Positions 40,626 through 51,557 are shown, counted from the stretch's first letter. The stretch: DNA of 64,000 nt from Patescibacteria group bacterium (GCA_041665545.1 JBAYIQ010000001.1:44-64043), one strand, 5' to 3'. The notes: generated by a model from the letters alone, not told the origin. Made by a program: numbers and translations.

Positions 40626-40703
40626 AATCCTATTTTAACCTAAAATAAGCCAAAAATCAAACATTTATTTGGTGATATTGGCTTTTTTTGCTATAATAAA
40701 CCA

Positions 40704-42164
40704 ATGAAAAATACCAAGAAAAATACTCGCAAAATATTGGGTTTAATTGGCTTATTGGCCCTTGTTTTTGTTTCCCTGCCTGCTCAGGCACAGATTTCAA
40801 GTAGCGACGCTGATTTTGATTACAATACTATAATTTCTGATGAAGAAGCCCAAGATTATGATGCCATGACCTTGGCTCAAATTCAAGAATTTTTGCGGTC
40901 AAAAAATAGCTATTTGCAAAGTTATTTTTTTACTGGCTACAATCCTGGACCTGGTGAGTTGATAACTATGGACGAAAATCTGCGTTTGGATTATACCAGG
41001 GCTCGATCAGCAGCCGAAATTATCTACAATGCCTCGATTGAGGCCAAAATAAACCCTAAGTTTATTATTACTACCTTGCAAAAAGAGCAAGGAGTAATTG
41101 AAAAAGCTAATTTTGATCAAAGAGCCTTGGATTATGCTACTGGCTATTATTGTTTTGATGGTCAAGCTTGCAATCCGCAATGGCAAGGATTTGGCAAACA
41201 AGTTCGTGCGGCCGCTTTGCAGTTTAGAGACTACATCGACAATATTCACACTAGGCCATTTCAGCCGGGCGTGTCATCCAATATAGATGGAAAAATTGTA
41301 ACCCCAGCCAACCGTATTACAGCCGCCATGTATGTCTACACTCCTCACTTGCATGGTAATTTATTATTTGCCACTATTTGGGAAAGATATGACTTTGGAA
41401 TGGCTGGCCAAGTTGTAAAAGGATTGCTTCCTCATGGTGCAGTAGTGCAAGCCAAGACTGGAGATGACATGAAATCAATTTATTTGATTAATGAGGGACG
41501 GAAAATGCTTTTTGTTAATACCAATGCTCTAGTCTCTAGATACAATCCTAAAGATGTGCAGAAAATCAGTCCGGAAGAAATTGCCAAATTTTCCGATGGT
41601 CCGGAAATAAAATATCCTAATTATTCTATTTTGGAAAATCCCATAGGTCAAAGATACTTAGTGGATGGTTTGGTCAAAAGATTGATCACTAACAAAGAAG
41701 TCTTTAGACAGTTGGGCTTTAGTGCCGATGAAGTGGTGGTTGTAAAACAGAATGATTTGGACGCTATACCAGATGGACAGGCACTGACCGCCGACACCAA
41801 ATATCCGCTAGGAAAATTATTGCGCAGTACCAAAACCAATGGAGTCTATTATGTAAAAGACAACATAAAATCCCCTATCATTGATCCAGTGGTTATTAGT
41901 TTGAATTTCCCGACCTTAAAAATAGTTAGTATTTCTCAAACAATTTTGGAAACTTATGATAATGATCTACCAGTAATGTTGAAAGATGGCACATTGGTAA
42001 AAACTACAGCTGAAGCCAATGTCTATGTCATTGCCAATGGTCAGCGTCGTTGGATTAGTGATGCCGAGACATTTAATAACTTGGGCTATTCTTGGGCAAA
42101 TATCAAAACTGTCTCCGAGCGGGTTTTAAATTTGCATGACGCTGGTGAAAATCTTAAAATATAA
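40704..42164 (+). CDS. Secreted surface protein (hemagglutinin-like N-domain plus C-terminal repeats)
   Basis: Signal peptide; LQKEQ, YTPH; repeated VY.I..G.KR.I units. Confidence 0.65.
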   Translation: MKNTKKNTRKILGLIGLLALVFVSLPAQAQISSSDADFDYNTIISDEEAQDYDAMTLAQIQEFLRSKNSYLQSYFFTGYNPGPGELITMDENLRLDYTRARSAAEIIYNASIEAKINPKFIITTLQKEQGVIEKANFDQRALDYATGYYCFDGQACNPQWQGFGKQVRAAALQFRDYIDNIHTRPFQPGVSSNIDGKIVTPANRITAAMYVYTPHLHGNLLFATIWERYDFGMAGQVVKGLLPHGAVVQAKTGDDMKSIYLINEGRKMLFVNTNALVSRYNPKDVQKISPEEIAKFSDGPEIKYPNYSILENPIGQRYLVDGLVKRLITNKEVFRQLGFSADEVVVVKQNDLDAIPDGQALTADTKYPLGKLLRSTKTNGVYYVKDNIKSPIIDPVVISLNFPTLKIVSISQTILETYDNDLPVMLKDGTLVKTTAEANVYVIANGQRRWISDAETFNNLGYSWANIKTVSERVLNLHDAGENLKI

Positions 42165-42167
42165 AAA

Positions 42168-42956
42168 ATGATTGTTTTTGCTTGTTTTGTCCCCCATCCG
42201 CCCTTGCTAATTCCTGAGGTGGGTAAAGACAATATCAACCACCTAAAAGAAACTTTGGAGGCCTACCACAATATCGAGGCCGAGCTTTATGCGCGCAAGC
42301 CCGATGTTTTGTTGGTCATTTCTTCTCATAGTCCGAATCATCAGTCATTCAGCATCAATCAGCAACCAAAAGTAGCTATAAATTTCAAAAGATTTGGTGA
42401 TTTAGTGACGCAATTAGAATTTAATAACGATATTGCCCTGGGTTACAAAATAAAAGAAGCCACTGAAACCGAAATACCTATTATTTTGAGTTCTGAGCAA
42501 AATATTGATTATGGTGCCGGAGTGCCATTGTTTTATCTGGCTAATCATTTGCCTAATTGCCAAGTTTGCATAGTGCATCCAGCCAAAGAACTCGACTATG
42601 CTCAGCATGTCAAATTCGGAGAAATGGTAAAAGAACAACTAGAAGGATACAACAAGCGTGTGGCGATTATTGCCGCTGGCGACTTGTCTCATCGCTTGCA
42701 TCAAGATTCTCCGGCTGGCTATTCTCCACGCGCGCAAGAGTTTGACCAAAAAATAATAAAAATTTTAGCCGACAAAGATTTTGATTCTTTACTAAAATTT
42801 GATAAATTTTTGGCTGAAGAAGCCAAGGAGTGTTCCTTGAGATCTCTCTTATTATTGATGGGGGTCATAAAAAATATTAATTACGAGCCCCAGAAATTAA
42901 GCTACCAAGCCCCGTTTGGTATCGGCTATCTAGTAGAAAACTTTATTATAAAATAA
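42168..42956 (+). CDS. LigB/Memo-like (AmmeMemoRadiSam B-type) protein
   Basis: PHPP, GDLSH, Y..PFGIGY. Confidence 0.8.
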   Translation: MIVFACFVPHPPLLIPEVGKDNINHLKETLEAYHNIEAELYARKPDVLLVISSHSPNHQSFSINQQPKVAINFKRFGDLVTQLEFNNDIALGYKIKEATETEIPIILSSEQNIDYGAGVPLFYLANHLPNCQVCIVHPAKELDYAQHVKFGEMVKEQLEGYNKRVAIIAAGDLSHRLHQDSPAGYSPRAQEFDQKIIKILADKDFDSLLKFDKFLAEEAKECSLRSLLLLMGVIKNINYEPQKLSYQAPFGIGYLVENFIIK

Positions 42957-42964
42957 CCCCAAGT

Positions 42965-43222
42965 TTAGGGCTTATCTTTTTTTTGGTTGACTAGTTTAAA
43001 AAAATAGCGCCAATGCTCCCCTTCTTTGGCTAGCTCCTTGGTATCATCAAAACATTTTTCAACAAAGTTGCGATCCAGTTCTTTGCAAACCTTAAAGACC
43101 GAGCTCCGCTTGAATGGTGGGACACTAAGCTCGGCAATGATTTTTAAGGCCATTTCTTGCCAAGCAAAAGCCGGAGCTTTTATTGTCTTTTTATTCTTGA
43201 ATATGTCTTGGATGGAGTCCAT
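42965..43222 (-). CDS. Hypothetical protein
   Basis: ATG at 43222; ends WRYFFK. Confidence 0.6.
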   Translation of the reverse strand: MDSIQDIFKNKKTIKAPAFAWQEMALKIIAELSVPPFKRSSVFKVCKELDRNFVEKCFDDTKELAKEGEHWRYFFKLVNQKKDKP

Positions 43223-43287
43223 AAGATAATTATAGCAGACGTATATATTGTTTGACAAAAGTAAATAAAATTGTTATAGTATGTTTT

Positions 43288-43770
43288 ATGATTAAAATTA
43301 TTAAATATCCAGATACATTTTTACGTCGGACTGCCAAAAAGGTCACCGCTTTTGATGATGAATTGAAAAAATTATCTGAAAGTATGGCCGAAGTCATGTT
43401 TCAAGATGACGGTATTGGGCTAGCTGCGCCTCAGGTCAATATTGGCCAGCGTTTGATTGTCGTTGGGCAAGCTGATAATAAAAACTATAAAACCTACGTA
43501 AATCCGGAAATAACTTTTTTTTCCAAAAATAAAGAGGTAGGTGAAGAAGGTTGTTTGTCTCTACCAAAAATATTTGGGCTAGTTAGCCGAGCAAAAAAAA
43601 TTCACGTCAAATATCAAGATTTGACCGGCTTAATTCATAAGGATAAATTGTCTGGTCTAGAAGCAGTTGTTTTGCAACATGAGTTGGACCACTTAAATGG
43701 CATTTTATTTATTGATCGCGCGGAAGAAATTACCAAAGGCCAAGATATTTTGGATAGTTTAAGAAAATAA
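43288..43770 (+). CDS. def: Peptide deformylase
   Basis: GIGLAAPQ, EGCLS, QHELDH; the TTG at 43252 is the -35 box. Confidence 0.95.
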   Translation: MIKIIKYPDTFLRRTAKKVTAFDDELKKLSESMAEVMFQDDGIGLAAPQVNIGQRLIVVGQADNKNYKTYVNPEITFFSKNKEVGEEGCLSLPKIFGLVSRAKKIHVKYQDLTGLIHKDKLSGLEAVVLQHELDHLNGILFIDRAEEITKGQDILDSLRK

Positions 43771-44678
43771 TGATTAGTAATAAAAAAATTATTTTTTGGG
43801 GCACACCTTCTTTTTCTTTACCCAGTCTGGAAGAGCTACACAAGCTTGGCTTGGTGCAAGCCGTGGTGACTCAAGTCAGTAAGCCGGCTGGTCGCGGTCG
43901 CAAAATGAATGATAGTCCGGTCAAACTCTGGGCTGATAAAGAAAAATTGCCAGTTTTGGCTTTACAAAAATTGGATGATAATTTTATCAAGGAAATAAAA
44001 AAATATTTGCCAGCTACTTTTGTAGTAGTGGCTTATGGAAAAATTATCAAACAAGATATTTTAAATTTATCAGAATTGCCAGCTATCAATATCCACCCTT
44101 CAAAATTACCAGAGTTCCGTGGTCCCTCGCCTATTCAGGCAACTCTTTTGGCTGGTGAGAAAAAAACAGCCGTGACTCTAATGCAGTTGGATGAAAAAAT
44201 GGATCACGGCCCAATCATTAAGCAGTCTGAAGTAAGAATAAGCGAGCAAGATAACTTCATTACCCTAAGCGACAAATTAGCTAAAGCCGGCGCACTTTTG
44301 TTAAAAGAAAATATTATTGATTATTTAGAAGGAAAATCAATTGTTGTTGCTCAAGATGATACTCAAGCAACTATTTGTGGACTAATACAAAAAGAAGATG
44401 GCTTAATAAATTGGAACGAGTCAGCCGATGTTATTAAAAATAAAATCAGAGCTTACAATCCTTGGCCATCGGCTTATACAAAACTATCTGGCTTGGAAAT
44501 CAAAATAATGTCAGCGCGAATTTCTCAAAAAAAATTAAAACCAGCTGAATTGTCTATCGAACAAAATCATTTGTACTTAGGTACAGATACCACAGCTTTA
44601 GAAATACTGGAGCTTCAACCAGCTGGCAAAAAAATAATGTCAGCGCAAGATTTTATCCGCGGTTTTAGGCAAAAATAA
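43770..44678 (+). CDS. fmt: Methionyl-tRNA formyltransferase
   Basis: GTP.F, NIHPS.LP..RG, MD.GP. Confidence 0.95.
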   Translation: MISNKKIIFWGTPSFSLPSLEELHKLGLVQAVVTQVSKPAGRGRKMNDSPVKLWADKEKLPVLALQKLDDNFIKEIKKYLPATFVVVAYGKIIKQDILNLSELPAINIHPSKLPEFRGPSPIQATLLAGEKKTAVTLMQLDEKMDHGPIIKQSEVRISEQDNFITLSDKLAKAGALLLKENIIDYLEGKSIVVAQDDTQATICGLIQKEDGLINWNESADVIKNKIRAYNPWPSAYTKLSGLEIKIMSARISQKKLKPAELSIEQNHLYLGTDTTALEILELQPAGKKIMSAQDFIRGFRQK

Positions 44679-44691
44679 ATTATTATCTTAT

Positions 44692-44997
44692 CTAGGGGCG
44701 TAAATAATCGGGTAAATAATTCATAATTCTAACAATTTCTTCCTGTTTATGAAGTCGCTCATAAGCAGATAATAAAATGCTAAAATTATTTTTTAGCCAG
44801 TTTTCGTTATGAGCTATTAGTCCCGAATCAGTGTGTGCTTCTAGCTTAGCTTTTTCGGCCAATAAAAATTCTTCAGCCATGGCTAGTTGGCCAGCAGCAA
44901 TAGCCAGCATAAAATCGTTAGTGTTTTCTATTTTAGCCACTAATTCATTTTTTGGCACAGTAGAATCATATTCTCTTCCCGGTAATTTTTCATTCAT
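44692..44997 (-). CDS. Hypothetical protein
   Basis: 101-aa ORF. Confidence 0.55.
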   Translation of the reverse strand: MNEKLPGREYDSTVPKNELVAKIENTNDFMLAIAAGQLAMAEEFLLAEKAKLEAHTDSGLIAHNENWLKNNFSILLSAYERLHKQEEIVRIMNYLPDYLRP

Positions 44998-45002
44998 ATT
45001 AT

Positions 45003-46550
45003 TTATTTTAATAATTCAATAGCTTTATTTAGTTGCTGGTCAATATTGTATATATTGTCATTTAGCACCTCATAATCGGGCTTTAAACCGCGATTTTGAA
45101 CGGAGTTGCCCATGCCAGTCAGCCACTCAAAATAGGTGTATTTTAGAGCTGATCCATCAGGAAAATCATTGACCATTTGGCCGGTGCCTTTGCCATAGGT
45201 GGTTTGTCCAACCAATTTGGCTAGATTGGCTTCTTTTAGAACAGCGGAAAAAATTTCTGAGGCCGAAGCTGTGCCATTATTTGTCAATATTATAGTCGGT
45301 ATTTTTAGTGATTCAGCTGTATGCGTGTAATAATTTTCTGTATGATCGCGGGTTTTTTCTTGCAGTATCAAAATATCAGCTGGCAACCAAATATCAGCTA
45401 GCTTGATAGCCGAGTCAGTATAACCGCCGGGATTATTTCTCAAATCAATAATAATGCCTCGGCTTGAGCTAGTGACAAATTGCTTGCGCAAATTATTAAA
45501 GTCAGACACCATGTCTGGTGAAAAAACATTTATACCAAAATAGACGATATTATTATCCAATTGCTTAGCCACTACATTTGGTATTTCTACTCTATCTCTA
45601 ATCAGCGTCACATCAAAAGTCTTATTTTCCGCTTGGCGATAAATTTTTAGAGTTACATTTGTGCCTTTTGGCCCTTTGATAAGAGAGATACTTTTTTTCA
45701 AAGTAAATCCACGAATGCTTTCATGGTTTACTTCCAAGACTTGGTCATTGGGCAGTAGGCCGGCTTTGATAGCTGGTGAGCCAATAATTGGCGTAACAAT
45801 TGTAAAGATGTTGTTTTTTAATTCTACTATGGCTCCGATACCCTCTACGGCGCTGTCAATATTATCATCAAACTGCTGTTTGCCTTCGGGTGAAAAAAAT
45901 TCCGTATAAGGATCATTCAAACCACTAGCCAAGCCAGCCAAAGAACCATAAAATAAATCTTTATCATTTATTTTGTCTGGTTGGAAATAACTATTTTTAA
46001 GAACATCGATTATGTCCTGATATTGTTGAAAATCTATGGTTGATTTTGGGGTTGGCGTTTGTTTAAAATCAGCGATAGTTATGATGCTTAATTTGTCCAA
46101 AGGCAGACCAATGGCTAAATTAGTAAGAGTTTTTAGCCCAGCCTCGTCAATACTGATACGATAGCGCACTAAATCAAGCGGGTTCACATACCACACCTCG
46201 TTGTTTTGGCTGGTATCAACCAAAAATTGTCCGCTGTATTTTTTGGCAATATTGTAGTCAATATTTTTTTGGTCACCAGCTTTGGGGATTTTATTCAAAA
46301 TAGAAGTTTTTGTTTTTTGGCCAAATTTGTCAGTCAATAATTTTACATCAGCAACATCGTTGACTGAATAGCGTTGTTTAAGACTTGGATCAAGATACCA
46401 AATTCTTGATTGGAAAATGTTGTCTTCCAAGATCATACTGCCTAAATAGCGGTCAACAAAACTACCATCAACCACTTTTAGAGTTATGGCCTTGGCAGAG
46501 ATGAATGGTGCTAAAAGTAGAAACAATGTTACAATAATAATTTTTTTCAT
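45003..46550 (-). CDS. S41 C-terminal processing protease with PDZ
   Basis: DPYT, DLRNNPGG, TASASEI, GKG. Confidence 0.9.
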   Translation of the reverse strand: MKKIIIVTLFLLLAPFISAKAITLKVVDGSFVDRYLGSMILEDNIFQSRIWYLDPSLKQRYSVNDVADVKLLTDKFGQKTKTSILNKIPKAGDQKNIDYNIAKKYSGQFLVDTSQNNEVWYVNPLDLVRYRISIDEAGLKTLTNLAIGLPLDKLSIITIADFKQTPTPKSTIDFQQYQDIIDVLKNSYFQPDKINDKDLFYGSLAGLASGLNDPYTEFFSPEGKQQFDDNIDSAVEGIGAIVELKNNIFTIVTPIIGSPAIKAGLLPNDQVLEVNHESIRGFTLKKSISLIKGPKGTNVTLKIYRQAENKTFDVTLIRDRVEIPNVVAKQLDNNIVYFGINVFSPDMVSDFNNLRKQFVTSSSRGIIIDLRNNPGGYTDSAIKLADIWLPADILILQEKTRDHTENYYTHTAESLKIPTIILTNNGTASASEIFSAVLKEANLAKLVGQTTYGKGTGQMVNDFPDGSALKYTYFEWLTGMGNSVQNRGLKPDYEVLNDNIYNIDQQLNKAIELLK

Positions 46551-46710
46551 CTAGTTAGAAATTTAGTTTATTATATATTACTTATTAAAGTAAAGAAATT
46601 ACGTTTGATTTTTAGCGGGATTCATCCAGTTAGAAATTATCGTAAAATTATCCTATCCCATCATACCTTATCACAATAGATAAATATCGTGAATTTCTAA
46701 CTGGAATCAT
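46546..46710. mobile_element. Two tandem short inverted-repeat elements at the S41 start codon
   Basis: c(c/t)agttagaaatt…aatttctaactgga, separated by ttcat. Confidence 0.6.
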
Positions 46711-46720
46711 ATATTTTTTA

Positions 46721-48241
46721 TTAATCAACTTTTTTTAATTTTTTTTCTGTTACCCAAAAACCCATATATTTTCCCAGCATCAATCTGGTTTGAGCGTCAA
46801 TGGCCGGCAGTGAACCAAAAAGAATCATGCTAAAAGGGATAATAAACCACTGCAAAAGCATCAAAATATAGCGAAAATACTTGGCTAAAAATTTACTTTT
46901 TAAATGCAGTGGCATGGGCGGTAAAATAATCACGCCCATCAAAGCAATGGTAATGACACTAAATAAACCTAAGCGCATCAAATTTTCCATGATAAACGGC
47001 GCATTTTGGGCAGTCACTGTGGTCAAAGCTTGGTGCTCGGCAATTTTTAACGGTAACCAGCCCATCAGGGTAATCAGCACTGGCGCTGTGGCCCAAGAAT
47101 ACACGCCCTCAGTTTGGTTCCAAGTATAGCGTAATTTTACAGCTAGCGGTATTTTTTTATTATTTTTAAAATGCCAAACCATGTAAGGAAAATGCTCTAC
47201 TCCATAAGCCCAACGGCGCATTTGTTTGTACTGATTTTTTACACTGCGCCAAAAGTGACCAACATAAACAGTGTTCATGGATACTGGTATGAGCATGGGT
47301 TCTACTTTGTAGTTGCCGTCATAATGAATCAGACATTGTAGAAATATTCTGGAATCCTCGGTGACAATATTATTTTGCCAAAAACCAATATCAACCAGTG
47401 CTTGCCAGCTCATGCTATGCGAAGAAAAAGTAAATAACCTACTAGGGCGAGATAGCTCGGTCAACAGCCAAAAAGTAGTGGAGTTGGCGACTACTCTGGT
47501 GACAATATCGGATTCCCAAACATTGTTGTGATAAAAAGCCATGGGCTGAAAACTGGCGTGATAAGGATCAGGGTGAGTCAAAAATAAGTAGGTCAGGTAA
47601 GAAAAATATTGGGGATGTGTGATAGTGTCAATATCAAAAGTGGAAACAATTAATTTTTTGTAGTCATAATTATTGGCATCAATATATTTTTTTACTTCAT
47701 GTCCAGCATAATAAAGGTTGGAGCCCTTACCAACAACATCGCCCTCGATATTGCTAGGATGTAAAGTTATAATAATTTTATGAAAGTAGGGCTCGTATTT
47801 TTTGGTAACATAATCAGCAATAGGTCGAAAATGCTCAGCAAATCTTCCCTCACCAGCCAAGACGACAATAAATTTTTTGGTGTCGTATTTGACTTGGCTT
47901 AGTTTGGACAAAGTAGTATCAATGATTTCTTGCGGTTCTCCGGCTGTTGGTAAAAAAATAATATGATAATAATCATTCCAGGTCGGACATTCATCTTTTA
48001 ATGTTTTTTGCCAATCAATTTTAATAGCGCGTCTATATTTTCTCCAAGAAATTATCAAGTGGATCCACATATAAGAGAGACGCAAAACCCAGTACAAGTC
48101 AAAAGCAATGATAAAGTAAATACCCCAGATAGGCGCCAAAAACGATAGCACAATGGCCACTATAAATGTAGTCCAAACCAAAAGGCCGGGAATTATTTCT
48201 AAAATGCGGTAATAATAATAATTTTTTTGTTCAGTTGTCAT
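46721..48241 (-). CDS. Membrane GT2 glycosyltransferase
   Basis: D.DT, TED, Q..RW motifs. Confidence 0.85.
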   Translation of the reverse strand: MTTEQKNYYYYRILEIIPGLLVWTTFIVAIVLSFLAPIWGIYFIIAFDLYWVLRLSYMWIHLIISWRKYRRAIKIDWQKTLKDECPTWNDYYHIIFLPTAGEPQEIIDTTLSKLSQVKYDTKKFIVVLAGEGRFAEHFRPIADYVTKKYEPYFHKIIITLHPSNIEGDVVGKGSNLYYAGHEVKKYIDANNYDYKKLIVSTFDIDTITHPQYFSYLTYLFLTHPDPYHASFQPMAFYHNNVWESDIVTRVVANSTTFWLLTELSRPSRLFTFSSHSMSWQALVDIGFWQNNIVTEDSRIFLQCLIHYDGNYKVEPMLIPVSMNTVYVGHFWRSVKNQYKQMRRWAYGVEHFPYMVWHFKNNKKIPLAVKLRYTWNQTEGVYSWATAPVLITLMGWLPLKIAEHQALTTVTAQNAPFIMENLMRLGLFSVITIALMGVIILPPMPLHLKSKFLAKYFRYILMLLQWFIIPFSMILFGSLPAIDAQTRLMLGKYMGFWVTEKKLKKVD

Positions 48242-48247
48242 AAAATG

Positions 48248-49420
48248 TTAGTCTAGAAACACCTCCCTGTTTGTAAAAGCATTTTTATCTAAATATTCTT
48301 TTAATTTATCTTCAAGCTGTTTAAAAGCTTCTATTTCTGCTTCTCGGCCAGGAACCCAATCATTATGTTTTTCTTTCATACGACACAAGGTAGCAATAAA
48401 TTCTTTATAAATACCCATGTCATTCAATAATTTAAGTAAGGAGGGCAGGGTTTCAATAAACGGCTCTATATCCTCTACTTTGAATGATGACCAACTCTGG
48501 TTTAATTTTTTTATATCCTCGTCTAGTTGTTCATGAAAAGTGCGAAATTCTGGCTTTAGGTCTCGCAAAATAATCGGAGATTTTTTTCTTTCGGCTGGTA
48601 AATACTTTTTTAAAAAATCAATAATCGGGAAGTAACCAACGCGAGATTTAAACGGAAATTCTCCGGTTTCTAACAAAATTTGAGCTCTTTTTTTATCAAT
48701 CTGGCCATCTTTATCGACAAACTGCATCCAATTGTTCATAGTACTTAATTGGCTAGTTTTATCAGTTACTTTAAAGCCCATCCTCTGCATTATAGGGTGA
48801 TCAAGCAGCCACGATTCGGCTATAAGAGCCTTTACTTGGGGAAACTGATCGACAATTACTATGGCCAGTTCTTGCAATGACTCACGTAATTTTTGCGGAG
48901 AAACTTTCCTATCAGCCGATTTAAAAATTTCTTCTAGGTGAACCTCCATCACTTGATCTAAATCTCTATCAAAACCATAATCCTCCAAACTATGTGAGCC
49001 CTTGCGCAAGTTGTAATTTATTAATCCAGCATAAACTTTGGCGGTACCGGGCCTCTCATTTGTTTTGTTTTCGGAACCACGCTGATGAAAGTGCTCAAGT
49101 ATATTATTTTGCCAATTACCCCCGGCTTGATATATAACATCCAATTCTTCTTTGAAAGTTTGTTTCCATTGCTCAATATCACTTTCTAAATAGCCATGTC
49201 CAATTCGCAATTCATCATCAGTAGGAAAAAACGGTAAATTTAAAAAATTAGTATATTTTTCTAGGCATTCACCAAATGTAACGGTATGGCCAGCTTCTTT
49301 TTCTTCTAGATATTTTTTTTCACTAAAAGAAAGCATTAAATAGCTGAGTTGCTCACTTAATTCTTTTTCGTGTTCTTCCACGTTAGGTGTTTCTATTCTT
49401 TTGTTTAAAGCTTCTAGCAT
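48248..49420 (-). CDS. Hypothetical protein
   Basis: 390-aa ORF. Confidence 0.65.
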   Translation of the reverse strand: MLEALNKRIETPNVEEHEKELSEQLSYLMLSFSEKKYLEEKEAGHTVTFGECLEKYTNFLNLPFFPTDDELRIGHGYLESDIEQWKQTFKEELDVIYQAGGNWQNNILEHFHQRGSENKTNERPGTAKVYAGLINYNLRKGSHSLEDYGFDRDLDQVMEVHLEEIFKSADRKVSPQKLRESLQELAIVIVDQFPQVKALIAESWLLDHPIMQRMGFKVTDKTSQLSTMNNWMQFVDKDGQIDKKRAQILLETGEFPFKSRVGYFPIIDFLKKYLPAERKKSPIILRDLKPEFRTFHEQLDEDIKKLNQSWSSFKVEDIEPFIETLPSLLKLLNDMGIYKEFIATLCRMKEKHNDWVPGREAEIEAFKQLEDKLKEYLDKNAFTNREVFLD

Positions 49421-49869
49421 TATAGTATTTTTACCTCATGTTCAATAATAACATCTTTATCGCCGAACAAAAATCGGGCTTCAAATTTTTTTCCTTCCAA
49501 AAAAAGTGGTAACCAAAATGGATCATCAGGCCACATTTGTTTGTAAGGAATTTTATCTAGGTCAAACCACTGTGGTTTCATTTCCTCGCCTTCTTCGGGC
49601 TGGCCAGTAAAATCAGTGGCCTTAAAAACATGCATTTCAATTTTTAAATCTTTGTTTGTCCAAGAAAAATTCATAAGACCAACTTTTTCTAGTTTGGAAA
49701 TGCCTAGGCCAATTTCTTCAAAAACCTCTCGCTTGGCTGCTTCCTCGACAGTTTCGTCTGGCTCTAGCTTGCCACCAAAACCATTCCAACGATTCAAACC
49801 AAAGCCCCGCTTTTTCAAGCCCAGTAGAATTTGCCCATCTTTGGTGATAAGGGTCAGTGTTTGTAGCAT
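49420..49869 (-). CDS. NUDIX 8-oxo-dGTPase (MTH1-like)
   Basis: KKRGFG…WNGFGGK, REVFEE, MWPDD. Confidence 0.9.
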   Translation of the reverse strand: MLQTLTLITKDGQILLGLKKRGFGLNRWNGFGGKLEPDETVEEAAKREVFEEIGLGISKLEKVGLMNFSWTNKDLKIEMHVFKATDFTGQPEEGEEMKPQWFDLDKIPYKQMWPDDPFWLPLFLEGKKFEARFLFGDKDVIIEHEVKIL

Positions 49870-49870
49870 A

Positions 49871-50266
49871 TTAAACAACGTGGTGGCCAAAGTCTTCGTC
49901 TGCTTGATCAGCAATAGCTTCTTGGGGAGTTTTGTGAATACGGCCGTCAATGTGGTTGGCTGGGGCGTAAATGGTGTAGACCTTCAAGGTTTCCGTGCCG
50001 GTGTTGATAAAATTGTGGACTGTACCAGGAGTGACTACGACTACATCACCAGCATTGACTTCTGATTCTTGCCCGTCTAAGATGGCTTTAGCAATGCCTG
50101 ACAGGAAAAATAAAGTTTGCTCCACATTGTCATGGGTTTCTAGACCAATTTCTTCGCCCGGTTTTATATCCATGACCACTAATTGGCTTTTTTTACCAGT
50201 AAACAAGACTGTGCGAAAATTTGTATTGTTTCTGGTTGCTTCTAAAATGTTTTTTTGATAGGACAT
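49871..50266 (-). CDS. Cupin domain protein
   Basis: E.H…Q, PG..HN, IYAPANH. Confidence 0.85.
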   Translation of the reverse strand: MSYQKNILEATRNNTNFRTVLFTGKKSQLVVMDIKPGEEIGLETHDNVEQTLFFLSGIAKAILDGQESEVNAGDVVVVTPGTVHNFINTGTETLKVYTIYAPANHIDGRIHKTPQEAIADQADEDFGHHVV

Positions 50267-50277
50267 AGTATTTTAAT

Positions 50278-50844
50278 TTAATTGTTAATTATTTTTTTAT
50301 TTAATTTTAGATACATTAAAGAGTCGTAACCGTGTGTTTCTCGGTCTTGCTCTTCGACACCTAATGTTTTTAAAAATTCTATTATTTCCTCTTGCACCCC
50401 ATTCATTTCTTTATCATCTTCAAATAATCTTTCTACCTCAATAAAATTTCCTAAATCTCTGACTTGATCTAGACAAATAGTGTAATTTTTGTATTTTATT
50501 TTTTGTCTTTTTTTATAAACTGAAACAACGTTTTCATAGCCCATCATTATTAAGGCATCATGCATTTCTTGGGGCTTCAATATTTCAGTTTGTTTTTCTA
50601 TGCAATCTAATTCATTATTGACAGATTGTTTCAAAGTAAAAAATGATTTTTCGCCATTGACCGTACGTATTCGCAAAATATTTGCTCCAATGTGCATCTT
50701 CACATAATCACCATAATCTTTGTGTACAAATATTTTATCGTCTTGAATAATCGGCTCTGTTATTTCACAGCCCAAATCACGTAATTTAGAAATTACTTGA
50801 TCAAAGTTTTTTATTCTAGCTTTTACCTCTATTTCTCTAGACAT
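50278..50844 (-). CDS. CYTH / class IV adenylate cyclase-like protein
   Basis: EIEVK, LRIR, LG.FIEVE. Confidence 0.85.
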   Translation of the reverse strand: MSREIEVKARIKNFDQVISKLRDLGCEITEPIIQDDKIFVHKDYGDYVKMHIGANILRIRTVNGEKSFFTLKQSVNNELDCIEKQTEILKPQEMHDALIMMGYENVVSVYKKRQKIKYKNYTICLDQVRDLGNFIEVERLFEDDKEMNGVQEEIIEFLKTLGVEEQDRETHGYDSLMYLKLNKKIINN

Positions 50845-50850
50845 AATATT

Positions 50851-51549
50851 TTAATTATTAATCGTCTTTATTTTACTCAATCTATAGCTAATTAGCAATT
50901 TGATAAATATCCAGACTAGTAAAACAGTAAAAATAAACCTGAAACTGGCGATGGTTAGGGCTTTTTCTCCTAAAACATAGACCAGTGAGCCCCAAAGCAA
51001 ATTCCAGACAAATAAGGATAGCAGAGAGCGCCAAAAAAATTGTTTAAAATTTATTTTTAAAATACCAGCTGCCGTAGAGGCCCAAACAGCCACATTGGGA
51101 TGCCAATAAGACATAAACAAGCCAGTGCCAAGATTTTTTTGTATTTTTATTTTGTATTTTTCTAAATGATCAAGCTGACTAAATTTTCTCAATAATTTAT
51201 ACCAGCCATAATAGCCAATGAAATAATTAAACGTGTAAGCCAATAGCAAGCCAAGGGTGATTAGTAGACCGTTTAGTAAAACTAGGGGTATGTTTTTGCC
51301 AGCTAATATTACACCCAAAAACATGACCGTACCACCTGGCAAATACCAGCCGATCAGCAACAAGCCCTCAAGAATAGCGGCAAAAAAAACAATAATTAAT
51401 CCGTATTGTTTAAAATAATCTTTAAAAATGAACAATAATTCGTTTTTATCCGGTAGTCCCAAAACGCCCCACAAAACCCAGAGAATCAAAACAATGCCTA
51501 AAAAAATCAGTAAAGGCAAAATATCTTTTAAATAACGACCAATGTTCAT
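50851..51549 (-). CDS. DedA family membrane protein
   Basis: LEG…YLPG, AG. Confidence 0.8.
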   Translation of the reverse strand: MNIGRYLKDILPLLIFLGIVLILWVLWGVLGLPDKNELLFIFKDYFKQYGLIIVFFAAILEGLLLIGWYLPGGTVMFLGVILAGKNIPLVLLNGLLITLGLLLAYTFNYFIGYYGWYKLLRKFSQLDHLEKYKIKIQKNLGTGLFMSYWHPNVAVWASTAAGILKINFKQFFWRSLLSLFVWNLLWGSLVYVLGEKALTIASFRFIFTVLLVWIFIKLLISYRLSKIKTINN

Positions 51550-51557
51550 GTGGGACC

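Noticed and set aside
50278-50870. CYTH and DedA genes both end in INN*
   Set aside because: Low-complexity AT-rich match; may be chance.
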